Position numbers and translations under genes: made by a program. The notes beneath the pieces are model-generated. The model was not told the DNA's origin, did no database searches, and saw nothing but the letters and a program-made list of their open reading frames with translations. Shown here piece by piece: positions 12,231 through 25,300 of a stretch of DNA of 64,000 nt. Where the stretch lies: NCBI RefSeq assembly GCF_036321535.1, contig NC_087447.1, positions 13,516,001-13,580,000 on the forward strand, given 5' to 3'. The stretch's first letter is position 1; every line of letters starts with the position of its first letter. The DNA is from Camelus dromedarius (lineage: Eukaryota).

Positions 12231-13148
12231 ATGGAACAAAGGAGGAATGTGACTGAGTTTGTCCTCTTGGGGCTCACTCAGAGCCTCCAGGGTCAGAAAA
12301 TATTATTTGTTGTGTTCTTGCTCATCTACATGGTGACAATGGTGGGCAACCTACTCATTGTCATGACTGTGGTGGTGAGCCCAACTCTAGATGCACCTAT
12401 GTACTTCTTTCTTGGCTACTTATCATTTATGGATGCTGTTTATTCTACTACAGTCACTCCAAATATGATTATAGACTTACTCTATGAGAAGAAAACCATT
12501 TCTTTCCAAGGCTGCATGACCCAGCTTTTTATAGGGCACTTATTTGGTGGTGCTGAGATTTTACTCCTGGTGGTCATGGCTTATGACCGCTACGTGGCCA
12601 TCTGCAAACCCTTGCATTATTTGACAGTCATGAATAAGCGAGTGTGTGTTCTGCTGCTGCTCTTGGCCTGGGTTGGTGGGTTTTTACATGCTGTAGTTNN
12701 NNNNNNNNNNNNNNNNNNNNNNNNNNNNNNNNNNNNNNNNNNNNNNNNNNNNNNNNNNNNNNNNNNNNNNNNNNNNNNNNNNNNNNNNNNNNNNNNNNNN
12801 NNNNNNNNNNNNNNNNNNNNNNNNNNNNNNNNNNNNNNNNNNNNNNNNNNNNNNNNNNNNNNNNNNNNNNNNNNNNNNNNNNNNNNCCTGCACTCCTTGA
12901 AGAGTCTTAGTCAGGAAGGGAGGCACAAAGCCTTGTCCACCTGTGGCTCCCACATTACTGTGGTTGTCCTCTTCTTTGTCCCCTGTATCTTTATGTATGT
13001 GAGACCTCCTTCTACCTTACCCATTGATAAGTCTTTGACTGTGTTTTACACCGTTATCACTCCTATGTTGAACCCTCTAATCTATACTCTGAGAAATGGA
13101 GAGATGAAACATGCCATGAAAAAGCTCTGGACCAGAAAAAGAAAATGA
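12231..13148 (+). CDS. Olfactory receptor family 4 (OR4A-type), 305 aa, frame-consistent across an N gap
   Basis: ATG at 12231 ([17 protein letters not shown]). Motifs [30 protein letters not shown] and [12 protein letters not shown] are in one frame. Codons 157-219 are hidden by Ns, so intactness is unproven. Confidence 0.8.
   Translation: MEQRRNVTEFVLLGLTQSLQGQKILFVVFLLIYMVTMVGNLLIVMTVVVSPTLDAPMYFFLGYLSFMDAVYSTTVTPNMIIDLLYEKKTISFQGCMTQLFIGHLFGGAEILLLVVMAYDRYVAICKPLHYLTVMNKRVCVLLLLLAWVGGFLHAVVXXXXXXXXXXXXXXXXXXXXXXXXXXXXXXXXXXXXXXXXXXXXXXXXXXXXXXXXXXXXXXXLHSLKSLSQEGRHKALSTCGSHITVVVLFFVPCIFMYVRPPSTLPIDKSLTVFYTVITPMLNPLIYTLRNGEMKHAMKKLWTRKRK
12699..12886. other. Assembly gap or masked run of 188 N inside the OR coding sequence
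   Basis: Directly visible N run. Confidence 0.99.
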
Positions 13149-14062
13149 GACAGCAGGGAAATGTATCACTTATTTTCTATGAAAAGTTGCTCTTTCCAAG
13201 TTAGCCATGCATGATTATTTAGCTGTAGTAAATTTCTCCTCAGGTTTAATAACTTGTGCATGATGAAAAACATTTTTTATGTGAATACTTCCAATGATCA
13301 AAACATATTTTTAAGATTTTCATAATTTTTGAGTTCAAAGCATATATTTTATATGAAATATATTTTTAAGATTTTTACAATTTCCTATGAAAATATGCAT
13401 AGCTTTTGGTTGTAAAATGTCTCTGTTGAGACTACTGATTTTTGTTCTATGTGATGAGTTAAGCTATAGTTAATACTGTAAATATATTTTAGTTAGTGGA
13501 AGATTTTTTCATGTTTCTGTCTTTATTAATGTAATCTTTCCAGAATTAATAGAGTTCATTACAGATTTTGGAAAAATAATATAATAATACATAAAAACTT
13601 GGTTCACTCCTCCCTACACAAAGACAGCCCATATTAATATTTGAAGCATCTGTTTTATTTCTGTATCTGCAAGATATTTTTATATATTCTTTTGCTTTTA
13701 TTGCTTCGTATGTTAACATCAAAAAAGAGTGATGTTTCAGAGTTGTAATGTTAATCACCAAGAGGCTAAGTATATTAAAATAATCTGAATGAACATGGTG
13801 TATATACATGAAAATAACCAATCTTACTTATTTTTACAATTGGGAAATCATATTATCTCCTCAAGTGGAGCAGCTTTGTTTGGGGTTACATTTTCATAAA
13901 GATGATTCATTAATCTTCCCAGATAGTTTAGACTATCTGATAATATCTCTGCTGGTTTTCAATATCCCCATCTCCGTTTTTGCTCATAGTGTTCCATAGC
14001 CTTCTTTAGAGACCCAGGCTCTGCCTTTCATCTGTAAATTCATCATAAAGCACAATCTGAGA

Positions 14063-14198
14063 GCTTCAAATATTAATATGGGCTGAATATTAATTCAGCC
14101 TAAAATAATAATTTTAGGATTATTCTGCAAAGTTTGAAAATTTCCCAGAAAAAGATACTTAGAAAGTCATGATTCTACATGTTTATTTTGAGGAAAAC
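14063..14198. repeat. Composite junction: 23-bp inverted copy of 13625-13647, an 8-bp-arm hairpin, and an 89-bp copy shared with 15897-15985
   Basis: 14063-14085 is the exact reverse complement of cagcccatattaatatttgaagc. ggctgaat-atta-attcagcc lies at 14081-14100. 14110-14198 matches 15897-15985 at 88/89 positions. Confidence 0.85.
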
Positions 14199-14630
14199 TA
14201 CAGAACTTGAAACCGGGTATTTTGAGTGATATCGTGAAGAGACATGCTGCAGTATATGTCATTCTTATCTCTTTTATTAATGAAATACAGATTATTAGGA
14301 AGAAGCCAGAATTTGTTCTATTTGGTAGAGATCTCATTAATAAATTCTCTCTTTCTCTGAAAAAGGCTTGAAATTAAATATTATCTGCCTTTAATGCGGT
14401 TGGAAGCATGTCGTCAAAGAAACTTACTATTCTACCTCCCTTATTTAGTCTGGATGCATGAGGGGCTAAGGCTAGGGGGCAATGGATGCTTTTCACTGAT
14501 AAATCACACTGTATGAAAAACCTCATATTCTGATTTATATTACTATTGTTATTATACGGATATTTCTTATATTATCTCAAAGCATTTGATTTGATCAGAA
14601 TTTAGAATGAATTCCTCCCCTTTTGGATGT

Positions 14631-14981
14631 TGCTATAGACTGGAAGTTTGTTTCCCTCTCCAAATTTATAAGTTAAATCCTGTATAATATGGTGGTATTT
14701 GGAGGTGGGCTCTTTGAGAAATAAGTCATGAGTGTGGAGCCCTCATGAATGGGATTAATGCCCTTATAAGAGAACTTTGAGAGCTCACCTGACCCTTCTG
14801 CTACGTGAGGACACAGCAGATAGCTGTCTGTAAACTGGGGACGGACTCTCACCAGACATGGAATCTGCTGGCACCTTAATCTTGGAGTTCTGAGCCTCCA
14901 GAACTTTGAAAAATAAGTGTTTATTGTTTAAGCCACACAGTCCATGGTGTTCTTTAATAGCTGCCCAAGTGGACTAGGACA
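14631..14981 (+). mobile_element. MaLR solo LTR (MLT1A/MST-like)
   Basis: TG...CA ends (tgctatagact...ggactaggaca). Hallmark motifs gagccctcatgaatgggattaatgcccttataagag, gtgaggacacagc, ctgctggcaccttaatcttgga, ttattgtttaagccacacagtc. Confidence 0.85.
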
Positions 14982-14991
14982 GAAATTTGTT

Positions 14992-15294
14992 TTTTGTTTT
15001 GTTTTGTTTTGTTTTGTTTGTTTTTTTAACATTTTTTATTGATTTATAATCATTTTACAATGTGTCAAATTCCAGTGTTCAGCACAATTTCTCAGTCATT
15101 CATGGACATATACACACTCATTGTCACATTTTTTTCTCTGTGAGTTATCATAACATTTTGTGTGTATTTCCCTGTGCTATACAGTGTAATCTTGTTTATC
15201 TATTCTACAATTTTGAAATCCCAGGCTATCCCTTCCCACCCTCCACCCCCCGGTAACCACAAGTCTGTATTCTCTGTCTGTGAGTCTATTTCTG
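14992..15294 (-). mobile_element. Young 5'-truncated lineage-specific (camelid-type) L1 3' end with a 17-bp target-site duplication
   Basis: TAGGACAGAAATTTGTT at 14975-14991 and 15295-15311. (TTTTG)n tail. L1 3' UTR ttttttattgatttataatcattttacaa...aatcccaggctatcccttcccaccctcc. Confidence 0.9.
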
Positions 15295-15896
15295 TAGGAC
15301 AGAAATTTGTTAATTTTCAAATTTGTATAATTCTTTCAAGCAATGAGTTACAAAACTTTGCTAATTATCTGTGTTCATTGGACTATAAACACCCTGAAGT
15401 CAGGGAAAGTTATTTAACTGTCTCTATGTTCTCATAATACATGGGACATACAATCCACTCTATAAACTTTGTCGATTACTTGAATTCTTAATCTATTGGA
15501 GTGAGAATTTTTATTGATAAATTTTGTTATGCTGTAATAATGGCTATTTTTATATAAAGATGTTATCCTTATGTTTTTTTATTTTTGATTTCTTCTATCA
15601 CATCACTCTTGGAAAATGTATTTCCTTCCACTGATTTTATAAATTTTAACCTCTTTTTTTTTAAATAACTTTTCAAAACATTTTATTTTTAACCCATCTA
15701 GAATTTAGATTTGTTAGTGATTAGGAAATATCTAAGCCTACTTTTCCCCAACAGGTAAAATAATCTGCAATATTGTTATAAGTTTCAGTAATAATTTGAA
15801 AATTTTCTATTTAATATGTCAGGTTTTATAACAGCTAGAAGTTTCAATTTTAGGGCACTATCTTCTCATCCTCCCTCACCTTCTCCTCCTCCTCTA

Positions 15897-15985
15897 AATT
15901 TTAGGATTATTCTGCAAAGTTTGAAAATTTCCCAGAAAAAGATACTTAGAAAGTCATGACTCTACATGTTTATTTTGAGGAAAAC
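15897..15985 (+). repeat. Second copy of the 89-bp segment at 14110-14198
   Basis: One mismatch (gactct versus gattct). Confidence 0.9.
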
Positions 15986-16219
15986 ATGTTTTAATATCTT
16001 GTTTTCTTATCCAGAATAAGACACATATTGTGAAGGACTGATTGATGTCTCAATAAAAATTTGTAATCATCTCTCTAGACTGCATCTTGCCTTTTGGTTT
16101 CTTAAAATGAGGGCTTTCTTAATTACATTTAATTCACATTTTCAATGAGCTGGTCAGAAAGGGTTTAATGTCTTTTGCTGGCATGAATTACAGCACAATC
16201 CTCAAAGCCAGGGGCATAT

Positions 16220-16555
16220 GTCTGTATTCAAACATTTATAGGCCTGTGTCCAACAATACACAAGTCTGTATCCCACCACACTCTCAGCTCTGTATCCAAC
16301 CTCATGTGAATTTGTATGACCACCCATATGTGTATATTCAGTGATATGTAAGTCTGTATCCAATTTCATGTATGTATCTATATGTGAACACACATGGGTC
16401 TGTATCTGACAACACATGGGTCAGTATATGACTACTGTTACGACTGCATGTATGTATGTATATGCATATGTATCTGATATGATCACACACAAGCATGTAT
16501 CTGTCCACATACAGGGCTGTATCTTGCCATTCACTGGTCTGTATCTGACTATATA
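16220..16555. repeat. Degenerate minisatellite, ~20-24-bp period, core GTCTGTATC
   Basis: The gtctgtat(c) anchor recurs about every 22 bp, roughly 15 units. Confidence 0.65.
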
Positions 16556-16861
16556 CGAATTTAGGAAGAACTTGATAGAACAATTCTGTTTTGTGTAGCA
16601 TGGACTGAGGTCACTCTTTGGTATTCAGTTGACTGATGGACATTTAAGGAGGGTCCAAGATGACTTCATGAATGGAGCCTTGGTAGAGATGACTACAGGA
16701 CTGGGCTCTTCTGGGTCTCTTTCTTCTCGATGTAGATATAGGGTAATGGAGACAATGTCTGCCCAGTCAGGTTGTCAGACTTGTAAAATGACAGTTCAGG
16801 GCCCCGAGACAGAAGAGGCAAAAGCTATCATGACATAAGATTGAAGTCCAGGATATCAAGT

Positions 16862-17310
16862 TTTAAATTCAGACTGCTCTTCACATCCAAGGAAACAACA
16901 AAATGAAAAGATAACTTACAGAATGGGAGAAAATAGCTGCAAATCTTATATCTCATAAGGAGTTAATATCTAAGAAATATAAGGAACTTTTACAACTCAA
17001 GAGCCAAAAACCAAAAAACTCAATTTAAAATGGGCAAGGAACTTGAATAGGTATTTTTCCAAAGAAGACATACAAATGGTCACTAGGAACATAAGAAGGT
17101 GCTCAACATTACCACCGATTAGGGAAATGCAACTCATAACAAAAATGAGATACCACCTCACACCTTTTAGGACGGCTATATGGGATTTACGGGAGAAATT
17201 AAATGCTCGTGAGGATGTAGAGAAAAGGGAACTCTACTATCCAGGTGGTGGGAATATAAATTTGTTCAGCCACTATGGGAAACATTATGGAGGTTTCTCA
17301 AAAAGCTTAT
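16862..17310 (+). mobile_element. L1 ORF2 C-terminal fragment
   Basis: ORF 17043..17327 (MNRYFSKEDIQM...RYHLTP...EKRELYY) is degenerate L1 ORF2p C-terminal sequence. Confidence 0.9.
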
Positions 17311-18770
17311 TTTTTCTGACAGAATAGCCCAGGAGATTTCTGAAAACCCAAATTTCAGCCCAGGCTGAAATTTATTCTCAATTGGTATCTAATCCTCCAG
17401 ACGTCTAATTTTCTCAGCATAGACTTCTCTCATTGAGAAGTTTGTGGAAGCTTCCAATTTTCTGAGATAAAACTGGGGAGAGGTAGAGACATGCTTTTAA
17501 TTAAGGATGAGGCAGCCTTAAGGATAAGCTATTTAAAAGACCAAAAGCCTAAAGAGTTCTACTATTACCTGTGAAATGCTCAGCCATTGGCTATTTCAAA
17601 AAGTTAAAATCCCAGAATTTCTCTTGTTAGGTGCAGAGAGAGATCAATGGCCAGAGATATGAATATTAGCCTAAACCCCCCATCAAAGTAACGTAATTTT
17701 TGGTTACCTTACCATAATTAACTGAGAACAGACACATTCAAATAACTAATTTCAGTGTTTTTAAATTTTTGAGGTTTTTTGGTTGTTGTTGTTTGTATCA
17801 GCCAATAATGGGCTCGATCAAGTTAATTTCCACTAATTAGGCCAGTTTTCACACAAACAGCAGCTTTGATTTTCTTTGCAGAAATTTTTCTAGCAGGTAG
17901 CAGGTGAGAGTGTTCAACTATCTTTGCACTGTAAATGTTTATGTTGTATTTCAGTGTCTATATTCTAGGCATCCATGTCAGATGATTCTATATTTACCTA
18001 AAAGACTGAGGTGATGGGGAGATTGTATGAAAATACAGAAAGTGTGACCATTTGAAACTATTTCTAGATCCATTGCTCAGCCATAAAGTACTATGTGTTC
18101 TGTGATCAGACATAGATACTTGAAGTATCTGCAGTTACCCTTAGAGAAAGAAGCACTGATCTTTAAAGACAAAGAAAAAACCCAAGAGGTGAGTTCTTGA
18201 AACATTAACAAAGGATAATCACTGAAAATTCATGTGATATGTTGCTAAATATAGCTATAATCTTAAATATCATATATTTTCATTGGAGGAATCTCAGTTG
18301 AGAAAATTAAGCTATCAAAACACAGAAACTACCTGGAATATACCAAGTGTATTTGGTGTTATTATTACAACCTGAAAGATATTTATTGTCCATTTTCCCA
18401 AACAAAAAAGAGAAATGTAATATATTATGAATAAACTAGTGGATTGATAATCTTGGTTTATGGGTTAATTATATTTTAAATGATACGTTAATATTTATAA
18501 TTACTTTCAGATTTTTTAATTAGACAACTTAACATTGTAGATCATGTCAGGTTTGTTAAAGTATACAGGAATATGTGCCTCTTCTGTTCTGGCAGCTTGA
18601 TATGGGCCTTTATGTGCGAATCTTTATGATTATCACAGCACCCATGTTTGAATATACTATTCTTTTTATCCTGAGCTATGTCTATACTTATTATCAAATT
18701 AACAAAATCCAGATGATTTGTTCTGATACAATGTTCGTAGTGAAGCTTTAAAAAACATGAATTATCACTA

Positions 18771-19010
18771 TCATTTATTGAGCCTTTACGAGGTGCCAGA
18801 GAGGGTTCTAGGTGCTTTAATTGCAATAAAATGACAACGCTAAGTGGTAGGCACTATTGAGATCCCCATTCTAAAAATGATGAAACTGAGGCACAGAGAG
18901 GTTTATTAACTTGTCCAAGGTCACCCAGATGGTTAGTGGTGAAGCTGGGATTCCAACACAGGCAATGCAGACCCAGAGCTCACATCGTTCACCGCTGTGC
19001 TCCGCGCTCT
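18771..19010 (-). mobile_element. MIR SINE
   Basis: Core ccccattctaaaaatgatgaaactgaggcacagagaggtttattaacttgtccaaggtcacccag. Confidence 0.9.
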
Positions 19011-20415
19011 CTCCAAGGATGCTTGGGATGTTAAATAGGAACACGGTGAATGAGAAACTTGTGATCGCTCTTTTGTCTCTGTAATTTTCAAATCTCATTC
19101 TCACTAGCTAGTGTTTCTCCAGCGACAGAGATGAGCATGAGAAGTTTTGTTTAGTTATGAAAATATGAAAGAAGAAAAAAAGGCCAGCAGAAGAGAATAA
19201 GGCAAGACTCCACAAAAAGTATCACAGATGGTTAGACTCACAAGGGTTCTGAGAGCATCTAGTTCAAACTCTTTATTCTCCAGTGAGCGCACTGAAACAG
19301 ACTTTTAATTACATTTAGAAAATGACTCAGACACATGCCTTCTCACACTGAGCTTGGATTTTTCCCTTTTGTGTGCCGCTGTTTGGAATCCGGGCACTGA
19401 AATCCTATTTTTGAGCACTCTCAGTACCTAAGCATTGTAAGTAAAACCATGTCTCATTGTCCTCTGCCTCTCCTTTCAGTGTCTGTTTTCTCCTCCCTCA
19501 CTACCTAGCTCACCCCAAGAGTTTTGGGGAAAAAAAATACTAGCCGTTAATCTGCTAATGTAATTGTTGGTGATAGTCATGAGTCATTTCAATACTAAAA
19601 TATATTCTGAAATATGTCTATGTTGTGTATATGTGTTAAGCACTGTGGTATAGGTAAAGATTAAAAGAATTATAACTCCTTAAAAACCTGATAGTCAAAG
19701 AGACCATGTAATTGCTGCAGGGAACAATGGGCTAAGTCATTTTGCAGTTATTTGATACAGTCCAAATTCCAGGGTCTTGGACTTTAATGAGAGATTCACT
19801 AAGACCAAACAGCCTTTGAAATGGGAGGGACTGAATATCTAAGAGTTGGATATCATAGTATTAAGGGAGTTATTCCAGAAAAGATGTTAGTTTTGATGCC
19901 TCCTGGGTCTACTGTAAAAGCACTCATTCCAAATACTGCCACCTCAAGGGACTGACTCTATGCCAATTTACTTAGAGTTTGTGGTCACCACCAGAGAGTA
20001 AGTTTCTGGAGAGCAGGGACCCTTACTTGCTTGTCTTTGTTGACTTCTATGTCATGAACTGACCTAGTTTCAATAAGGTTCTATTAAAGCTATGACTGCC
20101 TGTTGGTCTTTGACTACACTTCTCTATAGAAGATCCACCAAACATAGAGATATAACCTCTTATTTGTGGTCCCAACACAATCATCTGAGGAGAAATAGAA
20201 CTGTCAAGGGAAGGTGTGATGGGTTTTTGGAAGAAGAATTCAATAGATATTTACCAAATGCTTATTGTGTGCAAACCACCATAGACAAACAGACACACAG
20301 ACACACAGATATGCTCTGTAATGTAGCAGATACATTCGTAGTCATGTTCACAATCTCATTACAGGTTTGGGTCTCCTGATCTCTCATCCCTGACACCGGC
20401 CTCGTAGATGACTAA

Positions 20416-21363
20416 ATGGGACATAGCAACAATCTAACAGAATTTGTTCTGCTGGGCCTCACTCAGAATCCTGAGAGGCAAAAAGCATTATTTGTCTTGT
20501 TTTTGCTCATCTACGTTGTGACGATGGTGGGTAACCTGCTCATTATGGCGACTGTCTTTGCCAGCCCCTCCCTGGGCTCCCCCATGTACTTCTTCCTTGC
20601 TTGTCTGTCCCTCATGGATGCGGTTTACTCCACTGTCATTTCACCCAAGTTGATTAGAGACTTACTCTGTGGTAAAAAGACAATCTCCTTCTCAGTTTGC
20701 ATGGGACAGCTCTTCCTAGAACATTTATTTGGGGGCTCTGAGGTCTTCCTCTTGGTGGTGATGGCCTATGATCGCTACGTGGCCATCTGTAAGCCACTGC
20801 ACTACTTGACCATCATGAATCGGCAGGTTTGCATCCTGTTGCTGGTGGTGGCCTGGGTCGGAGGTTTCCTGCACTCCGTGGTTCAGCTTCTCTTTGTCTA
20901 CAACCTCCCCTTCTGTGGCCCCAATGTCATTAACCACTTCATCTGTGACATGTACCCATTGTTGGAACTTGCCTGTACTGACACTCACCTTGTGGGTTTC
21001 ACTGTGGTTGCCAATGGTGGAGCAATCTGTATGGTCATATTCATCCTTCTACTAACATCCTATGGGGTCATCCTAAATTCCCTTAAAACTCACAGTCAGG
21101 AAGGGAGGCGCAAAGGCCTGTCTACCTGCAGTTCCCACATCACAGTCGTGGTCCTCTTCTTCGTTCCCTGTATTTTCATGTATGTGAGACCTGTTTCCAA
21201 CTTTCCCATTGATAAATCCATAACTGTGGTTTACACTGTCATCACTCCCATGTTGAACCCTTTAATATACACCTTGAGAAATTCAGAGATGAAAAGTGCG
21301 ATGGCAAAACTCTGGGATAAAAAGTTAACTATGGGTAGAATCAGAATGTGCCATGCACACTGA
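20416..21363 (+). CDS. Olfactory receptor family 4, OR4A5/OR4A16-like, intact 315 aa
   Basis: All OR motifs present: [66 protein letters not shown]. Confidence 0.92.
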   Translation: MGHSNNLTEFVLLGLTQNPERQKALFVLFLLIYVVTMVGNLLIMATVFASPSLGSPMYFFLACLSLMDAVYSTVISPKLIRDLLCGKKTISFSVCMGQLFLEHLFGGSEVFLLVVMAYDRYVAICKPLHYLTIMNRQVCILLLVVAWVGGFLHSVVQLLFVYNLPFCGPNVINHFICDMYPLLELACTDTHLVGFTVVANGGAICMVIFILLLTSYGVILNSLKTHSQEGRRKGLSTCSSHITVVVLFFVPCIFMYVRPVSNFPIDKSITVVYTVITPMLNPLIYTLRNSEMKSAMAKLWDKKLTMGRIRMCHAH

Positions 21364-21771
21364 ACACATTTGTCACTAATCCTAAAGCAACGAACAGGCA
21401 GTAAATTCTAACCATGGATGATTTAGTCAATTCAATAGACTCCACAGAGATGCTTTTCTTTGTTTATACAAAAGCATCCAAAAAGTAGAATAAATTGTCC
21501 TTTGAGGTTAGAATCAATCTAATAGAGAAGTTCTGCAGGATGAATAAGAGACACAGCTTTTTGTCCTATTACAAGAAAAAATAAACTAAGTACACCCTGT
21601 AACTTTATTTTTCACAGTTTATACTAAATTGGGATTTTAGAAGGGAGAGTTGTGAAAAAACAAGCTAACCTTTAAAATTTACTTTACTTTCAAATTAATG
21701 GGAAAACAATTTGGCTAATATTTAGACAAATTTCTGAGGGCCAAAAAAAGTGGTTTTTAAATTTTAAAGTG

Positions 21772-21775
<4 letters not shown>

Positions 21776-21801
<26 letters not shown>
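21776..21801. repeat. T26 homopolymer
   Basis: Directly visible. Confidence 0.95.
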
Positions 21802-21802
<1 letters not shown>

Positions 21803-22399
21803 GCACAGCAACTTTCTGTAGCTGCATAATGCATTCGTCTTTAAGATGACTTCTGTTCCTCAGGTCAATGTCTTTGAGTTTGTAGTGCAGGATATTCAGA
21901 TGGGAGAGGTTACTGTGTTCATTTAAAGATACGATCAGTGAGCTATTTTGTTAGATGGGATGTGGTTGATGATGAAAACAGATTCTGGTTCTTGATTAGA
22001 GGATAGAAAACCACACTAATCCAAGTTGTCAATATATTTTCACGCTCTTCTTCATTAGTTATTATGAACATCTTTGCCACTCTTCACATGGTAGACAGTA
22101 CTTCTTATTTTGTCTTAAAGATACTGAAGATATAGGAAAGAGATGTGTTATTTTGCATAAGCAGTGTATTCCCTAAAAGTCATATTCAACGTAAATACTT
22201 TTTACTTATAGACTTAATAATCATTTGTTTCTGTGTAAACAGAATTTTGTTTTTCAATTTTATGTAAAATTATCAGGTTTTTCTCAGTGTGCAGTCCCTT
22301 CTGGAATATCTCAAATTAGGAAGAAGATAGATTTGCTCTCATTGTATTATGGAATATTATCTATGCTTTTTAAGGATTTTCTTTTCTAAAAAAAGATTT

Positions 22400-25300
22400 T
22401 AGACTTTTTCTTACTTTAAAATTTTATTGTGTATTTTCATGCATATCCATTAATATATGCAATTTATATCTGTTTTGTAGCATCTTACCTAGAATATGAT
22501 CAATATCACTGAAACTACTGATGTATATTTCCCCGACTCCCTTCCTTTGTCTCTTCCCAGAGATAATCTCAATGCTGAACTTTTTGTTAACCATTGATGA
22601 AAATAGTTTAACTATATATGTATGTATTCTTAAAGTATATTATTTGGAGTTTCATATTCTTTATTAAAATTATGTTATGCAGTATGTGGCTTTCTGAATC
22701 TTTTACCGACAATGTCAATTAACTTTTCTAAGATTTGATCATATGACTGCACATTTCTCTAGTCCCACAATTTCCCCTGCTGTATGTTATTCCACGTCTG
22801 AATAGACCATCCAGTCAGTGGTCATTTGGGTTATTTCCAGTTTTCGATATTGCACATGGTGCTGCTATAAACATCCTGAAAGAATGTCTTTTGTGTTAAG
22901 TAGTGTTTACAAGTTCACAATCACAGATAGTTGCAATTTTCTTCTAAACCTGTATTATCAGGTGAATTCCTGTCAACCGTGTGAAGCAGATCCATTAGTC
23001 CACATCCCAGCCAATACTTGATATTGTCAGATGTTTAATGTTTTTGCAAATCTAATGAGTATAAGACTATGACTGTATTACGGTTTTATTTTTCAATCCT
23101 TACTGCTACTGAATTTGAACATATTTGCATGTTTATTAAACATTCATTTTTTCTCATGTTCTATTCAACATGTATTCATGCTTTTGTCAATTTTTCTAGT
23201 AGGTTGTTTTTCTGTTATCATAAATGTATTGGAGTTCTTTAGGAATGCTCTGTACTAATTCTTTTTTTGTTTGTATGCATTGCAAAAATCTTTTCCCAGT
23301 TTGTGGGGGTTTTTTCTACATTTCTTTCATATAGCTGGATGAATGGAAACTTCTAAATGTAATCAAATTTCTCAGTGTTTATGTGGATTTAAGTTAGCAC
23401 TTCTATGTCTTTCTTATCATATCATTTCTACTGTATGGCCAGAAAAATGTCAATCAATATTATCTTCTAAAGATTTAAAAAGTTTTGCATTTTTTAGTTT
23501 CCAATATTAATCCATTGAACATTGATTTTTATATATGCTGTAAAGTGCCTTTTTCATTTTTTTTCCAGTGATGATAGCCAATTGTCTATGCATCACTTGT
23601 TGAATAACCCATCTTTTCACATATTGAGTTTTCATTCATGTCTGATTCTAGTTCTGGTTTATTTATTACTGTCAACTGATTAATTTTTCTAAACTTGTGT
23701 TTATTTATGTAAGTTTATAATAAGTTTTCATGTCTTATAGGACAAGTCTCTCAACCTTTTTTATGAGGTGAAAAAAGTCTTTGTTTTTCCACATACATTT
23801 TAATTCAGCTTGTCATGTTGAAAAAAAAGCCATTGGGATTTTTATATTGAAATTGCTTTGAAGGTATTGACAGTTGAATCTTCCTATCCCATATATAACA
23901 TAACTCTGCACCCAATTAGGCCTTTGAAGTTCTTTAAATTTGAAAAAATTCACAAATAGTCTTTCATATTTTTAATAAATGCCTTCCTATGTATTCTTGT
24001 TCTATTCTACAGCATTACTGAACATAGATTTTTATAAATATTTCTAACTTTTTATAAGCAAAATTATATCTTATTTTAAGTCAACAATTTGCTTCATTTA
24101 CTTAATAGTGAAGTATTTTGCCATCGGTACATTTTTATGAATTGCTTTTTCATATATTTTATCTAATTTAATTGGCATGTTCAAAATGTTTTATTGACTT
24201 AGGAAAGATTTTATATATTATAGTATAAAACAAAGAACTTCTAGATAGTGTTTTGGTAGTGTGAAAGTGTTATAATTTAACTTTTAATGTTATCAATCAC
24301 TATTATCAGAGTTTGTGCCTTTTTGACATCAAGGTTATGTAACAATTTATAAATTTTTTTCTACTTTAATTATGTTTTTGTATTTTAAAGCATTAAGTAC
24401 ACATATATGCATCTACGTGTGTGGGAGATTTTACAGAAAGAGAGAAAATGTATGTGTATGTTTGTGTGTGTGCATATGTATAAAGAATTTAAATCTACTT
24501 TGCAAATGGTTATCTGTTACCTTAAAACAAAATTTTCAACACAGTTTCCAAAAATCTTACCTACTTACCTAATTTGATATGTCATGTTTACTATATTTAA
24601 TGTCCAAATGCTTTTGTATTTATTTCTAGGATATTTTCTTTTGACCAGTTGCTTATTCCTAAGCCAATACTCCATTTTTTTTTTAGTTCTTATAAGTAGA
24701 TTTTAATATCTGCTAAGAGGACTATAACTCAATACTCTTATTAAAGACAAGTTTTTGTGTTTTGAACAATTATTTCTCATGTAAATGTTAGAATAATTTC
24801 AGAAGTTGTAGAAACTATGAAAATTTTGACTGACAATATATTAAATGTCTAATTAATTAGGAAAATAATTGATGTCTTGTTCACATTGAATCATTCTCCA
24901 TGGAAACATGAAAATATCTGTGTTTACTTAGGTCTTCTTTGATATTCTTCAATAATTCCTTTGTTTTCATCTTATGGGTCTTTCACATCTTTCTGTTTTT
25001 TACATATATTTTATAATTTGGATTACATTTATGAAAAATATTCTTTCCACATTCTATTTTCTAAATAATTATAGCTAGCATTCAAGAAAATAACTAATAA
25101 ATATTTATCAGTTTACTCTTGAAATCAGCCACTTCACTGAACTCTTATATGTATGAGAGATCTTCAGTTAACTCTTTTGGATTTGCTAGAAAGATAATGG
25201 TATCTTAATGATTTTTCTTTCTAATAACTTTCTTTAAATATTTTATATCACATTTCTCCTTAATATATTATTATATTATTTGATATAGGAAAACATGGGG

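Noticed and set aside
16220-16555. CRISPR-like repeat-spacer appearance
   Set aside because: Mammalian DNA, a short degenerate anchor, low-complexity spacers and no cas genes.
20725-20988. Antisense ORFs overlapping OR coding regions (also 12684, 32329, 39866, 50591, 50903, 51073, 59591)
   Set aside because: Shadow ORFs produced by OR codon composition. They recur at equivalent positions in paralogs and have no independent features.
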